IMG/VR virus record: IMGVR_UViG_2740892015_000008
DNA from: a virus
Taxonomy: Duplodnaviria; Heunggongvirae; Uroviricota; Caudoviricetes
Reading direction: 5' to 3' (one strand)
DNA length: 32,650 bases
The notes below the pieces were generated by a model. It was not told the DNA's origin, ran no database searches, and worked only from the letters and a program-made list of their open reading frames with translations. The position numbers were made by a program, and so were the translations under genes. Positions 13,199-21,100 of the stretch are shown here, one piece after another (the stretch's first letter is position 1; each line of letters starts with the position of its first letter).

Positions 13199-13642
13199 TT
13201 ACTTAATGCACTGAGTGCGAATATATTCCTGCAGTCCCCTGATCATTTTGTCGTTGATTGCGATTCGATCTCTGAGGACGAAATAATCCCGTTGAGCGGT
13301 GTCAGTAAGTCTGGGGCTGGCGCCATCATCCACGCCGGAGGCGGCGGTGATTTTATGCATGTCCGGACAGACTGCTTTGACGTGCAGCCACTTACGACCA
13401 GCAGAAACATCAGCACGAAGACTTTCGATAGTCGCGTTAGCATCAGCAAGCTCCTTTGTGTATCTGGCATCGAGTTCTGCTACATCACGTTGACGCTTCT
13501 GCATGTCAGTAATAATGGATGCGGCCTTATCACGCTGCTTTTTGTAAGTGATGGCGTTATCACGGTAATGATTAACCGCCCATGACAGGCAGACGATGAT
13601 GCAGATAACCAGAGCAGAGATAATCGCGGTTACTCTGCTCAT
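13199..13642 (-). CDS. Rz: Spanin, inner-membrane subunit Rz (i-spanin)
   Basis: Starts [34 protein letters not shown], matching lambda Rz. ATG 13642 overlaps the R stop (ATGA). N-terminal TM segment plus coiled-coil-like body. Confidence 0.9.
   Translation of the reverse strand: MSRVTAIISALVICIIVCLSWAVNHYRDNAITYKKQRDKAASIITDMQKRQRDVAELDARYTKELADANATIESLRADVSAGRKWLHVKAVCPDMHKITAASGVDDGASPRLTDTAQRDYFVLRDRIAINDKMIRGLQEYIRTQCIK
13243..13443 (-). CDS. Rz1: Spanin, outer-membrane lipoprotein subunit Rz1 (o-spanin), embedded in Rz in +1 frame
   Basis: Embedded ORF with lipobox LLVVSGC followed by the proline-rich SPPPPAW motif, as in lambda Rz1. Start chosen at ATG 13443. Confidence 0.8.
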   Translation of the reverse strand: MLTRLSKVFVLMFLLVVSGCTSKQSVRTCIKSPPPPAWMMAPAPDLLTPLNGIISSSEIESQSTTK

Positions 13643-14136
13643 TGTTGCCCCCACAAACAGACTTCACGCTCAATCTCGCGGCGAGTCATCAGCCCTTTCC
13701 ATTGCTTACCGCCAGCGTATGTCCAGCGCCGTAGCTGATCACATGCGCCTTTGATATCGCCCTGGTTTATTTTGCGAAGAAGCGTCGATGTTCTGAAATT
13801 TCCAACACCAACGTTGTAAACGAACGAGTAAAGAGCGCCGCGCGTTGTTTCCGGTATATCGACTTTGATGTACGGGTTAATTTGTCTGGCGACAGTGGCA
13901 AGGTCTTTATTCAGGAGGGCTTTGCATTCTGCTTCGGTATACGTTTTACCGAGCATGATGTCTTTTCCGGTGTGTCCGTGACATACAGTCCATACGCCAA
14001 CGATATCTTTGTATGGTATGTAGCTGACACCTTCCAGACCATCGTTACCACTTGGACCCGTGATTAACACAGATGCTATAGCAATAGCCCCGCCACCAAT
14101 AGCAGCAGCAACGGCTTTTCGTAATGATGGAGGCAT
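13639..14136 (-). CDS. R: SAR endolysin (T4-lysozyme-like muramidase with N-terminal signal-anchor-release domain), phage-21 R type
   Basis: 165 aa; N-terminal Gly/Ala-rich weakly hydrophobic segment [18 protein letters not shown] typical of SAR domains; matches phage 21 R as recalled; start overlaps S stop (TAATG). Confidence 0.9.
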   Translation of the reverse strand: MPPSLRKAVAAAIGGGAIAIASVLITGPSGNDGLEGVSYIPYKDIVGVWTVCHGHTGKDIMLGKTYTEAECKALLNKDLATVARQINPYIKVDIPETTRGALYSFVYNVGVGNFRTSTLLRKINQGDIKGACDQLRRWTYAGGKQWKGLMTRREIEREVCLWGQQ

Positions 14137-14351
14137 TATTCACCTCTCGCAGCCTTACGCTTATCTTCTTTAATCTTGAAATAAAGGTTTGTCAGATACG
14201 TCAGCAAGCCAAATACCAGACTACCCAGCACTCCAATTGCCGCCCACTGTGAGGGCGTGACTTTATCTAGCAGCTGTAAAAACCAGTACCCGGCACTACC
14301 TGCTGAGGTGCCATAGGCGACACCCGTTGTTAACTTATCCATGGATTTCAT
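14136..14351 (-). CDS. S: Pinholin S (phage-21 S type) with dual-start motif (antiholin Met1, holin Met4)
   Basis: Starts [26 protein letters not shown], with two TM segments and a charged C-terminus. ATG at 14351 and a second in-frame ATG at 14342 read directly. The ORF-track 92-aa version is an upstream extension. Confidence 0.88.
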
Positions 14352-14387
14352 AACCCCACCTCGCAGATGCGGGTGCTGTGTAATGGA

Positions 14388-14412
14388 AATAAAAAGGCCA
14401 CCTGACGTGGCC
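14388..14412 (-). terminator. Intrinsic terminator-like hairpin between methyltransferase gene and S
   Basis: Plus-strand AAAAA-GGCCAC-ctgac-GTGGCC; on the minus strand a 6-bp GC stem followed by TTTTTATTT. Confidence 0.5.
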
Positions 14413-14418
14413 ACCAGA

Positions 14419-15471
14419 TTATTTCCCCACCAGCTCGTTTATCTCTTTCACTGTCTGGTTAAACCGCTCTGACTCAAGCTCAACACCTAAGGCCCGACGC
14501 CCCAGCGCCATTGCTGCTTTTATTGTGGAACCGGATCCCATAAAAAAATCAGCAACCAGATCACCAGGTCGACTACTGGCATTGATTATTTGCCTGAGCA
14601 TATCCGCCGGTTTCTCACACGGATGTTTACCCGGGTAGAACTGAACGGGTTTATGCATCCAGACATCGGTATAAGGCACGGAGACTGATACGGAGAAATA
14701 GCGCCGGAGAGATTTAAACTCATCCAGCAATTCAGAATATTTGCGATTCAGTGAATCATAAGATGCCACCAGCTGGTGGTGTGGTTGTTCCAGTTGTTGT
14801 TCCTGAAACTTCTCTGCCGCTATACGGGAAAACAGTGCCTGTAACTTCCGATAGTCAGCCTCATTCGGCAACTGCCACTGACTGGCACCAAACCAGTGGG
14901 AAACCATATTTTTCTTACCTGTGGCTTCGGCAATTTGTTTTGCCGTTATACCCAGTTCGGCACGAGCATCCCTGAAATACGATATCAGCGGTGCCATTAT
15001 GTGCTGTTTGAGTTCCCTTTCTTTTGCCGCATAGCCGTCACTTTTGCCGCGATATGGTCCCTGGTAATGTTCAGCAAACAGAACGCGCTCTGTGGCAGGA
15101 AAATATGCGCGCAGACTTTCTTTATTACACCCATTCCAACGTCCGGACGGCTTCGCCCAGATGATATGGTTAAGCACGTTGAAACGTTCACGCATCATGA
15201 TCTCAATATCAGATGCCAGGCGATGCCCACAGAACAGGTAAAGGCTTCCGGCAGGTTTTAACACCCGCCAGAACTGGGCCAGACAGTGGTCCAGCCACTT
15301 AAGGTAATCTTCGTCCCCTTTCCACTGATTGTCCCAGCCGTTGGGTTTCACCTTGAAGTACGGCGGATCGGTAACAATCAGGTCAATGGAATCATCAGGC
15401 AGGGACTGAATAAAATGCAGGCAATCAGCGTTGATTAAATCAACACTGTTTATTTTTACAGTATTTTTCAT
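14419..15471 (-). CDS. DNA methyltransferase, N6-adenine/N4-cytosine amino-MTase (permuted motif order: DPPY then FxGSG)
   Basis: 350 aa; catalytic motif IV-like IVTDPPYF near the N-terminus and AdoMet motif I-like FFMGSGST near the C-terminus. Confidence 0.8.
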
Positions 15472-15621
15472 GGATCAGTAAGCGTAACTCTGGTAGGCTC
15501 ACTCTGCTTTTGCGCTAAAGCAGTGGGCCGTGGTTCGCTTGTGACCAGTAGGCATGAGCGAATGGCTGGCAGGTGCTACCAACACCCACCAGCCGCCCAT
15601 TTTCACAGCAGGAAACCGCCA

Positions 15622-15825
15622 TTACTGGCAGCGTCTGAATTTATTCCCGTACCCGCCGTTATCCTTCGCCAGACCCGCCAGAACTAACTGAGTCAGTATT
15701 AACTGGCACCGGGCTTCGCTTACTCCGGTAGTTCTCGTCATCATGCGTGGCGTTACCCACTTGTCAGCAGGTAAGAAATGAAGGACTGCGGCGGCGGTTT
15801 CTGTCATATCTTGCTGTTTTAGCAT
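15622..15825 (-). CDS. Hypothetical small protein (67 aa), first gene of late region downstream of cassette
   Basis: ATG 15825 with AAGGGA SD 8 nt upstream (ORF-track start 15849 is an earlier in-frame ATG). No motif recognised. Confidence 0.45.
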   Translation of the reverse strand: MLKQQDMTETAAAVLHFLPADKWVTPRMMTRTTGVSEARCQLILTQLVLAGLAKDNGGYGNKFRRCQ

Positions 15826-15979
15826 GTCTTTTTCCCTTCTGGTTAACATGACATACCAATAACTCTTGTCTAAAAAGCCAGCAAGATAAAAAGCCAGTAT
15901 TCACGACCACCAGCGTGTTTACTGTACTGCACCAGGTTTACAGGTACAAAAAAACCGCTCAGCGGCGGGTTTAAGTTGT

Positions 15980-16012
15980 GTGGCGAAGTAACCACTCTTA
16001 ACACGATATAAT
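15980..16012 (+). promoter_or_regulatory. Candidate sigma70 promoter for the plus-strand cassette (perfect -10 TATAAT at 16007-16012, poor -35)
   Basis: Consensus TATAAT read directly about 80 nt upstream of ATG 16091; no good TTGACA-like hexamer at 16-18 bp spacing. Confidence 0.3.
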
Positions 16013-16090
16013 ACTTTTTGCGTACGCGTTAGGATTTTTATAAACTATGCGTCCCCATTCTCGCTATCTTTAGTCGGTCCTGGAATACAC

Positions 16091-17017
16091 ATGAAAGTTA
16101 GAAGCATAGGATTTACAATAAATAACAATAACAAAAATATTAATACCGTTGACGTAATGAATGCTTTTATCAACGCATCAAACAGAGAACACAGTCGCAC
16201 AGACTATACTCGTAAAATTCTCATTTCGGATGTGAATGATTTCTATTATGGATTAGTTGTCACATTCAGAAACCAAAAAAAGAACTGTAAGTCGCAATTT
16301 GTTGATGGTAAATTCCAGCTTAAAATTGAAGATCTTCAAGGAAGTGACAAACTTGCTAATTTCAACTTTTTCTTAATTAAAAAATCTAATCTTTCTGGTC
16401 TCTATATGTATCACCACGGTTCATGCAGTCTGAACACTCTCTTTTCTCATTTAGAAACAATAAGTAATGAATTTATCAGAAATCAAAATAAAGAAGAAAT
16501 AAAAAAACTTGGAGATAAACCAAAACAAAAAGAAGTAACTGCAATAAATAAAAAATACAAAGAAAGACTGACTTTCAGCCTTATGACAAATAAAAACAAC
16601 ATTCAGAGTGTTTTATGTCAATTCAAAGAGATTAAAAGCACAAGCTTTAAATTTAATTATATAGATTTTAAAGGTGGGCCAATGACTGCGCTTGAACAAT
16701 TTGTTAACACCACCACAATAGATATGAATTTTAATTCTAGCGACAGAACAAAAGTGCAACAACTATCTCAGAATCTTTCAAATATTTATAATTCTATGAG
16801 TGGAGTTGCTAAAGCACAGGTTATTGCAGTAAACCATGCAGGAATAGAAAAAACCATTGATTTTATGAACTGCCCTGTTTTTTTTGAAACATACGATTTC
16901 GATATAATTGCCGATAAAGTCAATGGATTGACAAACGATAATTATACAACAAACCCTGTTTTTGATATGATAAAAGAAGAAATGCTGAACGGGACGAATA
17001 AAAATGCCTTTATATGA
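16091..17017 (+). CDS. Hypothetical protein (308 aa), AT-rich, first gene of two-gene cassette; candidate defence/abortive-infection component
   Basis: Long plus-strand ORF in a minus-strand late region; Asn/Lys/Ile-rich; overlaps the start of the downstream gene; no recognisable catalytic motif. Confidence 0.7.
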   Translation: MKVRSIGFTINNNNKNINTVDVMNAFINASNREHSRTDYTRKILISDVNDFYYGLVVTFRNQKKNCKSQFVDGKFQLKIEDLQGSDKLANFNFFLIKKSNLSGLYMYHHGSCSLNTLFSHLETISNEFIRNQNKEEIKKLGDKPKQKEVTAINKKYKERLTFSLMTNKNNIQSVLCQFKEIKSTSFKFNYIDFKGGPMTALEQFVNTTTIDMNFNSSDRTKVQQLSQNLSNIYNSMSGVAKAQVIAVNHAGIEKTIDFMNCPVFFETYDFDIIADKVNGLTNDNYTTNPVFDMIKEEMLNGTNKNAFI

Positions 17018-17552
17018 ATGGCTAATAAATAAAAGATTGAGGTATCAGTACATTACACTGCTTGCATTCTCGATCCTGGCATTGCTTGCACTTTACCTAT
17101 TGTACAGAAACACACCTAAAGTAAGTGTTAACTTTTTTGATTTTTATCATAAAAACTTACGAGGCTATCTCTTCTCCGGTTTTATTTCCGTGGGTTCATT
17201 TTTATTGAGCCTGCATACCTTTGTCATAATAAATTTACGCGATAAGGTTTTTGCAACTCAGGAATATAAGGAAATTTATAGCATTGCCACTGGTATACCT
17301 ATTGACAAAATCAATGATAGTGTACTTTATAAACCTTTAGACAATTTATCCTCATTTATTAATACATCAATATTATGTTCTATCACAACAGCAATTGCAC
17401 AATTCACTATTGGACTTTCAACTAATTTATATGCATGCTTATTTTGCGTATGGCTTGCAATACTAACGGTATTTCTTTTATTACATTGCCTCATCATAAT
17501 CAGACAAAATATTAAAATTTTATTAAAGCAACAGAGAAAAAAAGGGGGGTAA
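17004..17552 (+). CDS. Hypothetical small membrane protein (182 aa, ~4 TM helices), second gene of cassette
   Basis: ATG 17004 lies inside the 3' end of the upstream ORF. Four hydrophobic segments (YITLLAFSILALLALYLLY, LFSGFISVGSFLLSLHTFVII, FINTSILCSITTAIAQFTIGL, YACLFCVWLAILTVFLLLHCLIII) and a basic tail KQQRKKGG. Confidence 0.7.
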   Translation: MPLYEWLINKRLRYQYITLLAFSILALLALYLLYRNTPKVSVNFFDFYHKNLRGYLFSGFISVGSFLLSLHTFVIINLRDKVFATQEYKEIYSIATGIPIDKINDSVLYKPLDNLSSFINTSILCSITTAIAQFTIGLSTNLYACLFCVWLAILTVFLLLHCLIIIRQNIKILLKQQRKKGG

Positions 17553-17567
17553 TTCCCCCTAATATTA
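17537..17567. terminator. Convergent (bidirectional) intrinsic terminator between Q and the cassette
   Basis: A7-GGGGGG-taatt-CCCCC-TAATATT; on the minus strand the stem is followed by T7. It overlaps the last codons of the membrane-protein gene and lies 5 nt from the Q stop. Confidence 0.7.
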
Positions 17568-17906
17568 CAACATTGAAAGCACACCATCCAGAAAACCAAG
17601 AGCTGTTTGCAACTCTTTTCTTATTGTCCCATCAGAACACTTCTGCTTCTTTGCAATAGTTCTTAGTGAGATGCCGATAACAAAATGAGCAATAACCAAC
17701 TCATACTCTTCGGGCTTATATTTCCGCAATCGCGCAACACAGCTGTCAATCATGATTCCTTCATCATCATCGCATTGTTGGCGTGTTTTCTTTCCATGAG
17801 GTAGTAAACCTTTAAACCCTGCAGCAACAGGCTGCCAGTCCACACCACTGTTATCTGCTGCAGCCCATGCACCCCAGCGGTCCAATACTTCATACATATC
17901 ACGCAT
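17565..17906 (-). CDS. Late-gene antiterminator Q, short QuuD-like type
   Basis: …MRDMYEVLDRWGAWAAADNSGVDWQPVAAGFKGLL…CSDGTIRKELQTALGFLDGVL resembles the E. coli DLP12 QuuD antiterminator as recalled. ATG 17906 with GGAGA SD (ORF-track start 17921 is a TTG). Located just before the late region. Confidence 0.7.
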   Translation of the reverse strand: MRDMYEVLDRWGAWAAADNSGVDWQPVAAGFKGLLPHGKKTRQQCDDDEGIMIDSCVARLRKYKPEEYELVIAHFVIGISLRTIAKKQKCSDGTIRKELQTALGFLDGVLSML

Positions 17907-17923
17907 CAACTTTCTCCACAAAA

Positions 17924-18919
17924 TCAGGCCAGCACGCCAATTGCCAGCGCACGATCGATAAAACGAAATATCAGCTCCAGCTGGGAGCCATACTTCTCTT
18001 CAAATGCCACGGTATCCGCATGCAGCTCGTCGTGATGCTTTCTGCACAAAGGCAACACAAAGAGGTCATGCGCTTTTGTCCCCATTCCGCCCTGACCGTG
18101 ACCTATCAAATGGTGGGGATCATCAGCAGGCTTTCCACAACATACACACGGCTGCGTCTTAACCCAGCTCGTGTACTTTTCGTTAACCCAACGGCGACGT
18201 TTGGGGCGTAACATAAAAGACTCCGGCGACTCCGGATCCACTTTCAGCGTCAGCACCTTTTTCGCTTTATCCTGGATGATGCTGGTGGCAGGAACCGAAG
18301 GCACAAGGTCACACTCCCGGGTGACAGACGGCACAACAGGCGTCGGTAATCTCAGTGCCTTACGGGCTGCACTTTCCGGTAAGGCATCCGCCAAGTCATT
18401 ACGAACCAGCCACCAGCACAGTTCCGGCATTGTCACAACGTGACTGTCATCAAAACCGAGATCCCGACGCACGACAGACAACACCCAGAGGGCACAGTTA
18501 TCCGTTGCCATTGATTCCAGCCGTTCCGTGAACTGATCGCGCAGCAGGTTATCGCAGTGCCAGCACAGACGGATTGCGCCCGGCGCGTGTCGCATTGTGG
18601 TCATGTTCTCGCAGTGCCAGTCGGAATGAGGCCACTGGCAGCCTTTTTCACGAAGTAACCAGCTTTCAAGACATTCCACCCCACCAGCACGACGGATCAC
18701 TGCCTCATTGCGGAATACGGCCCGAACAGCAGGATCATCCGCCAGCGGTTGTGATGCCGCAGGAACGGCACCACTGGCGAAAGATGAATAACGTTCCGGC
18801 TCAGGCTCCAGCAGAACACGTCCCTGCATAAACAGGGGCATCAGCTCTGAACCAGGCCTGAACAATACGATCCCCATACGCGGGGCTATTTCAGGGGTCA
18901 GTAGTGCTCTCACGGTCAC
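17924..18919 (-). CDS. Prophage protein with C-terminal Cys/His-rich motif (YdfU/DUF968-like)
   Basis: C-terminal CVCCGKPADDPHHLIGHGQGGMGTKAHDLFVLPLCRKHHDELH; nin-region position upstream of Q. Confidence 0.55.
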   Translation of the reverse strand: MTVRALLTPEIAPRMGIVLFRPGSELMPLFMQGRVLLEPEPERYSSFASGAVPAASQPLADDPAVRAVFRNEAVIRRAGGVECLESWLLREKGCQWPHSDWHCENMTTMRHAPGAIRLCWHCDNLLRDQFTERLESMATDNCALWVLSVVRRDLGFDDSHVVTMPELCWWLVRNDLADALPESAARKALRLPTPVVPSVTRECDLVPSVPATSIIQDKAKKVLTLKVDPESPESFMLRPKRRRWVNEKYTSWVKTQPCVCCGKPADDPHHLIGHGQGGMGTKAHDLFVLPLCRKHHDELHADTVAFEEKYGSQLELIFRFIDRALAIGVLA

Positions 18920-18920
18920 C

Positions 18921-19718
18921 TCAATGAACGGTATCGAGCAGCTTTAACAGCTCAGGGAATCGGGATTCGAAGAAATGCGGCTGCGTCTCGCGCGGATTTG
19001 CGGGACTGGTGATGTTCTTGCCGAACATGCAGCCTTTCGCTGTCAGCGACCAGAATTTTTTGATGTTGTTAATCGCGGTACGGCTGTATCGTTCGCGTTG
19101 TTCAACGATCCCCAGCTTCACCATCTGGTGATATGCCTGATTAGCCGTAAGGCGGATACCATACTGTTTCAGCAGTGCACTCAGCGACAGCGTGGGGCGA
19201 CTTGAGCCATCAGGCGCGTCAGCAGGAGCATCAATGGCATAGCGCGGTGCCAGATTCGGTAAGCCAACAGCCTCCTGGAGTTTCTGACAGGCACCAAGCA
19301 CAGATGAGTTAGACAGGTTTAACTCCCGGCGCATAAAGTCCAGCAGAATCACACCAGCCTGCATCTTGTCAGCAGCCTGCCCGGATAATTTTTCCGGTGC
19401 GCTGGTTACCATATCGAAAGTACGGATCACCTTCAGATGGAATGACGGACTGATCCACATTGCATAGGCATACACCAGTTCTTTGCAGACATACGTCCCC
19501 TGGTTATTTCCGCCACGAATAACGTTAACTGGCTCTATATTGACCGAGTTGCAAATCTGCAACTCGCTTATTAAACGTTCAGTTTGCTCATTGCGGAGCC
19601 AGAATGCAGGCTTATGCTTATCCAGAGAACCGGCAGCCCTGTGTAGATCGTTCAGGCTGTAACGCCCATAAGCATCACGACGAACTTCAATACCATCAAT
19701 AACCATCAGATTATTCAT
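18921..19718 (-). CDS. KilA-N domain protein (Roi/antirepressor-like)
   Basis: N-terminal IDGIEVRRDAYGRYSLNDLHRAAG pattern typical of KilA-N DNA-binding domains. Confidence 0.6.
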   Translation of the reverse strand: MNNLMVIDGIEVRRDAYGRYSLNDLHRAAGSLDKHKPAFWLRNEQTERLISELQICNSVNIEPVNVIRGGNNQGTYVCKELVYAYAMWISPSFHLKVIRTFDMVTSAPEKLSGQAADKMQAGVILLDFMRRELNLSNSSVLGACQKLQEAVGLPNLAPRYAIDAPADAPDGSSRPTLSLSALLKQYGIRLTANQAYHQMVKLGIVEQRERYSRTAINNIKKFWSLTAKGCMFGKNITSPANPRETQPHFFESRFPELLKLLDTVH

Positions 19719-19737
19719 ACTTCGTTTCTCCTCTTAA

Positions 19738-20127
19738 TCAGGCGGCTGCACCCGCCGTTTTCTCGTACTTACTGATGGTGAGCTCGACCTTCCCTTCCGG
19801 GATAACCGGTCCCCACTCCACCAGCATCCTTTTCACCTGACTGTCGTCTTCCCACACACCCGCGTGGGTCAGGACGTCAAACAGTGCCTTGTTATAGTTG
19901 TCCAGATCGCGGATCCGGTTATCCGGAGGAAACAACACGATCTCCACTGAAGCAGGTGCCGACGTTGGTTTTGGCAGACGACGTAACTGCTCAACTATTG
20001 CTGCGCACGCCGCGCTCTGAAATTTTCGCCCCGCCGCGCTTATCAGGCTCTTACCAGCAAATGCCCCTTTGTTGGGGTGTCGCCAGTACGTGTTCACGCT
20101 GGGCGGGAAAGGCAGGATCAGCTTCAT
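19738..20127 (-). CDS. rusA: Holliday junction resolvase RusA
   Basis: 129 aa; LPFPPSVNTYW near the N-terminus and a DLDNYNKALFDVLTHAG acidic catalytic region; nin-region location. Confidence 0.85.
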   Translation of the reverse strand: MKLILPFPPSVNTYWRHPNKGAFAGKSLISAAGRKFQSAACAAIVEQLRRLPKPTSAPASVEIVLFPPDNRIRDLDNYNKALFDVLTHAGVWEDDSQVKRMLVEWGPVIPEGKVELTISKYEKTAGAAA

Positions 20128-20450
20128 ACTTTCAGGCCTCTCTCATGTAACCAGTGAGTTGCACGCAGCCTTGCGTTTTCCTCACCGGCAAGCAGTGAGC
20201 GGATAATCCCGACCGCCTCGCTGTCGTCGTCCTTCACCGCGGTATGAAGCGTGATCCCCCGGGCCACACCACGCTTTATCGTGATGACGCCTTTTTTCTC
20301 CAGTGCGCGAAGATGCTCCACCGCTGCATTCACTGAACGGTATCCCAGCATGGTTGCCACCTCCTGATTGGTTGGCGGGAAGCCACGTTCTTTCTGATAA
20401 GAAATCAGCATATCCAGCACCTGCTGCTGGCATTGAGTTAACGTCGTCAT
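20124..20450 (-). CDS. LexA-like DNA-binding-domain-only protein (no S24 peptidase domain)
   Basis: 108 aa; LTQCQQQVLDMLISYQKERGFPPTNQEVATMLGYRSVNAAVEHLRALEKKGVITIKRGVARGITL parallels the LexA N-terminal winged-helix domain; the ORF ends before any protease domain. Confidence 0.7.
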   Translation of the reverse strand: MTTLTQCQQQVLDMLISYQKERGFPPTNQEVATMLGYRSVNAAVEHLRALEKKGVITIKRGVARGITLHTAVKDDDSEAVGIIRSLLAGEENARLRATHWLHERGLKV

Positions 20451-21100
20451 GCCGCCATCTCCCTGACCAGTTTTTCCGCCTGCTGGCGAACCTGCGCCAG
20501 AAAGGCCTCACCACATGCCTCAAGTTCATCGCGCCCGATGTAGCTGATTGCCGGTCCCTTCCAGGTCTTGTCGAAAACAGCAATAGCACCAGCGAAGAAA
20601 GCTCCTGTCGGCACCTGCTTCTCGTCCTTCGGTATAAACCAGGCAGGCAGTTCAAAACCAATACGCCCGCGAATAAAAGCAATATGATCTGCATCTTCCG
20701 GCCACCACACTTCGCTGGTGGCAGCTTTGATCAGGAAAACATAGCGCCCGCCTTTATCACGCATGGCACTGGCATGCTTCATGATGTAACGCATGCCGGT
20801 GATGTATTCCCCCTCATGCTGACTGGCGCGGCTGTATGGGGGATTGCCAAAGGCAGCACCTTTAAGCTCCGCAAGGCGTTCTGACCAGTCATGCGCCAGC
20901 GCGTTGTCTTCCGCCGTGTAATACGCGGCACATTTGGCGTTATCACCGTCAGTGAACAGATCCAGAACAAACGGGCCAAACAGGGTGTTAATTCCCCAGA
21001 AAATGTTATCCGGCGTGCGCCACTGATCACCCACTTCCTTCAGCTCATGGACTGGTTTGTTCCGCAGTTCCACCAGCGCCTGGCAATATTTATTACTCAT
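20447..21100 (-). CDS. Phage-type DNA N6-adenine methyltransferase (Dam-like, NPPY motif)
   Basis: FGNPPYSRA catalytic motif; ATG 21100 overlaps the upstream stop (TAATG), giving 217 aa; ORF-track start 21133 is an extension. Confidence 0.75.
   Translation of the reverse strand: MSNKYCQALVELRNKPVHELKEVGDQWRTPDNIFWGINTLFGPFVLDLFTDGDNAKCAAYYTAEDNALAHDWSERLAELKGAAFGNPPYSRASQHEGEYITGMRYIMKHASAMRDKGGRYVFLIKAATSEVWWPEDADHIAFIRGRIGFELPAWFIPKDEKQVPTGAFFAGAIAVFDKTWKGPAISYIGRDELEACGEAFLAQVRQQAEKLVREMAA

Noticed and set aside
13639-14136. Possibility that the endolysin is the lambda-type transglycosylase R
   Set aside because: The sequence has a SAR N-terminus and a lysozyme-like body matching phage 21 R, not the lambda R N-terminus (MVEINNQRKAF…) as recalled.
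15472-15621. Possible tRNA gene(s) between Q and the lysis genes, as found in Stx-type prophages
   Set aside because: No cloverleaf-compatible sequence and no GTTCGA/TTCGAAT T-loop motif seen by eye; only an imperfect hairpin (15497-15528). A tRNAscan run would be decisive.
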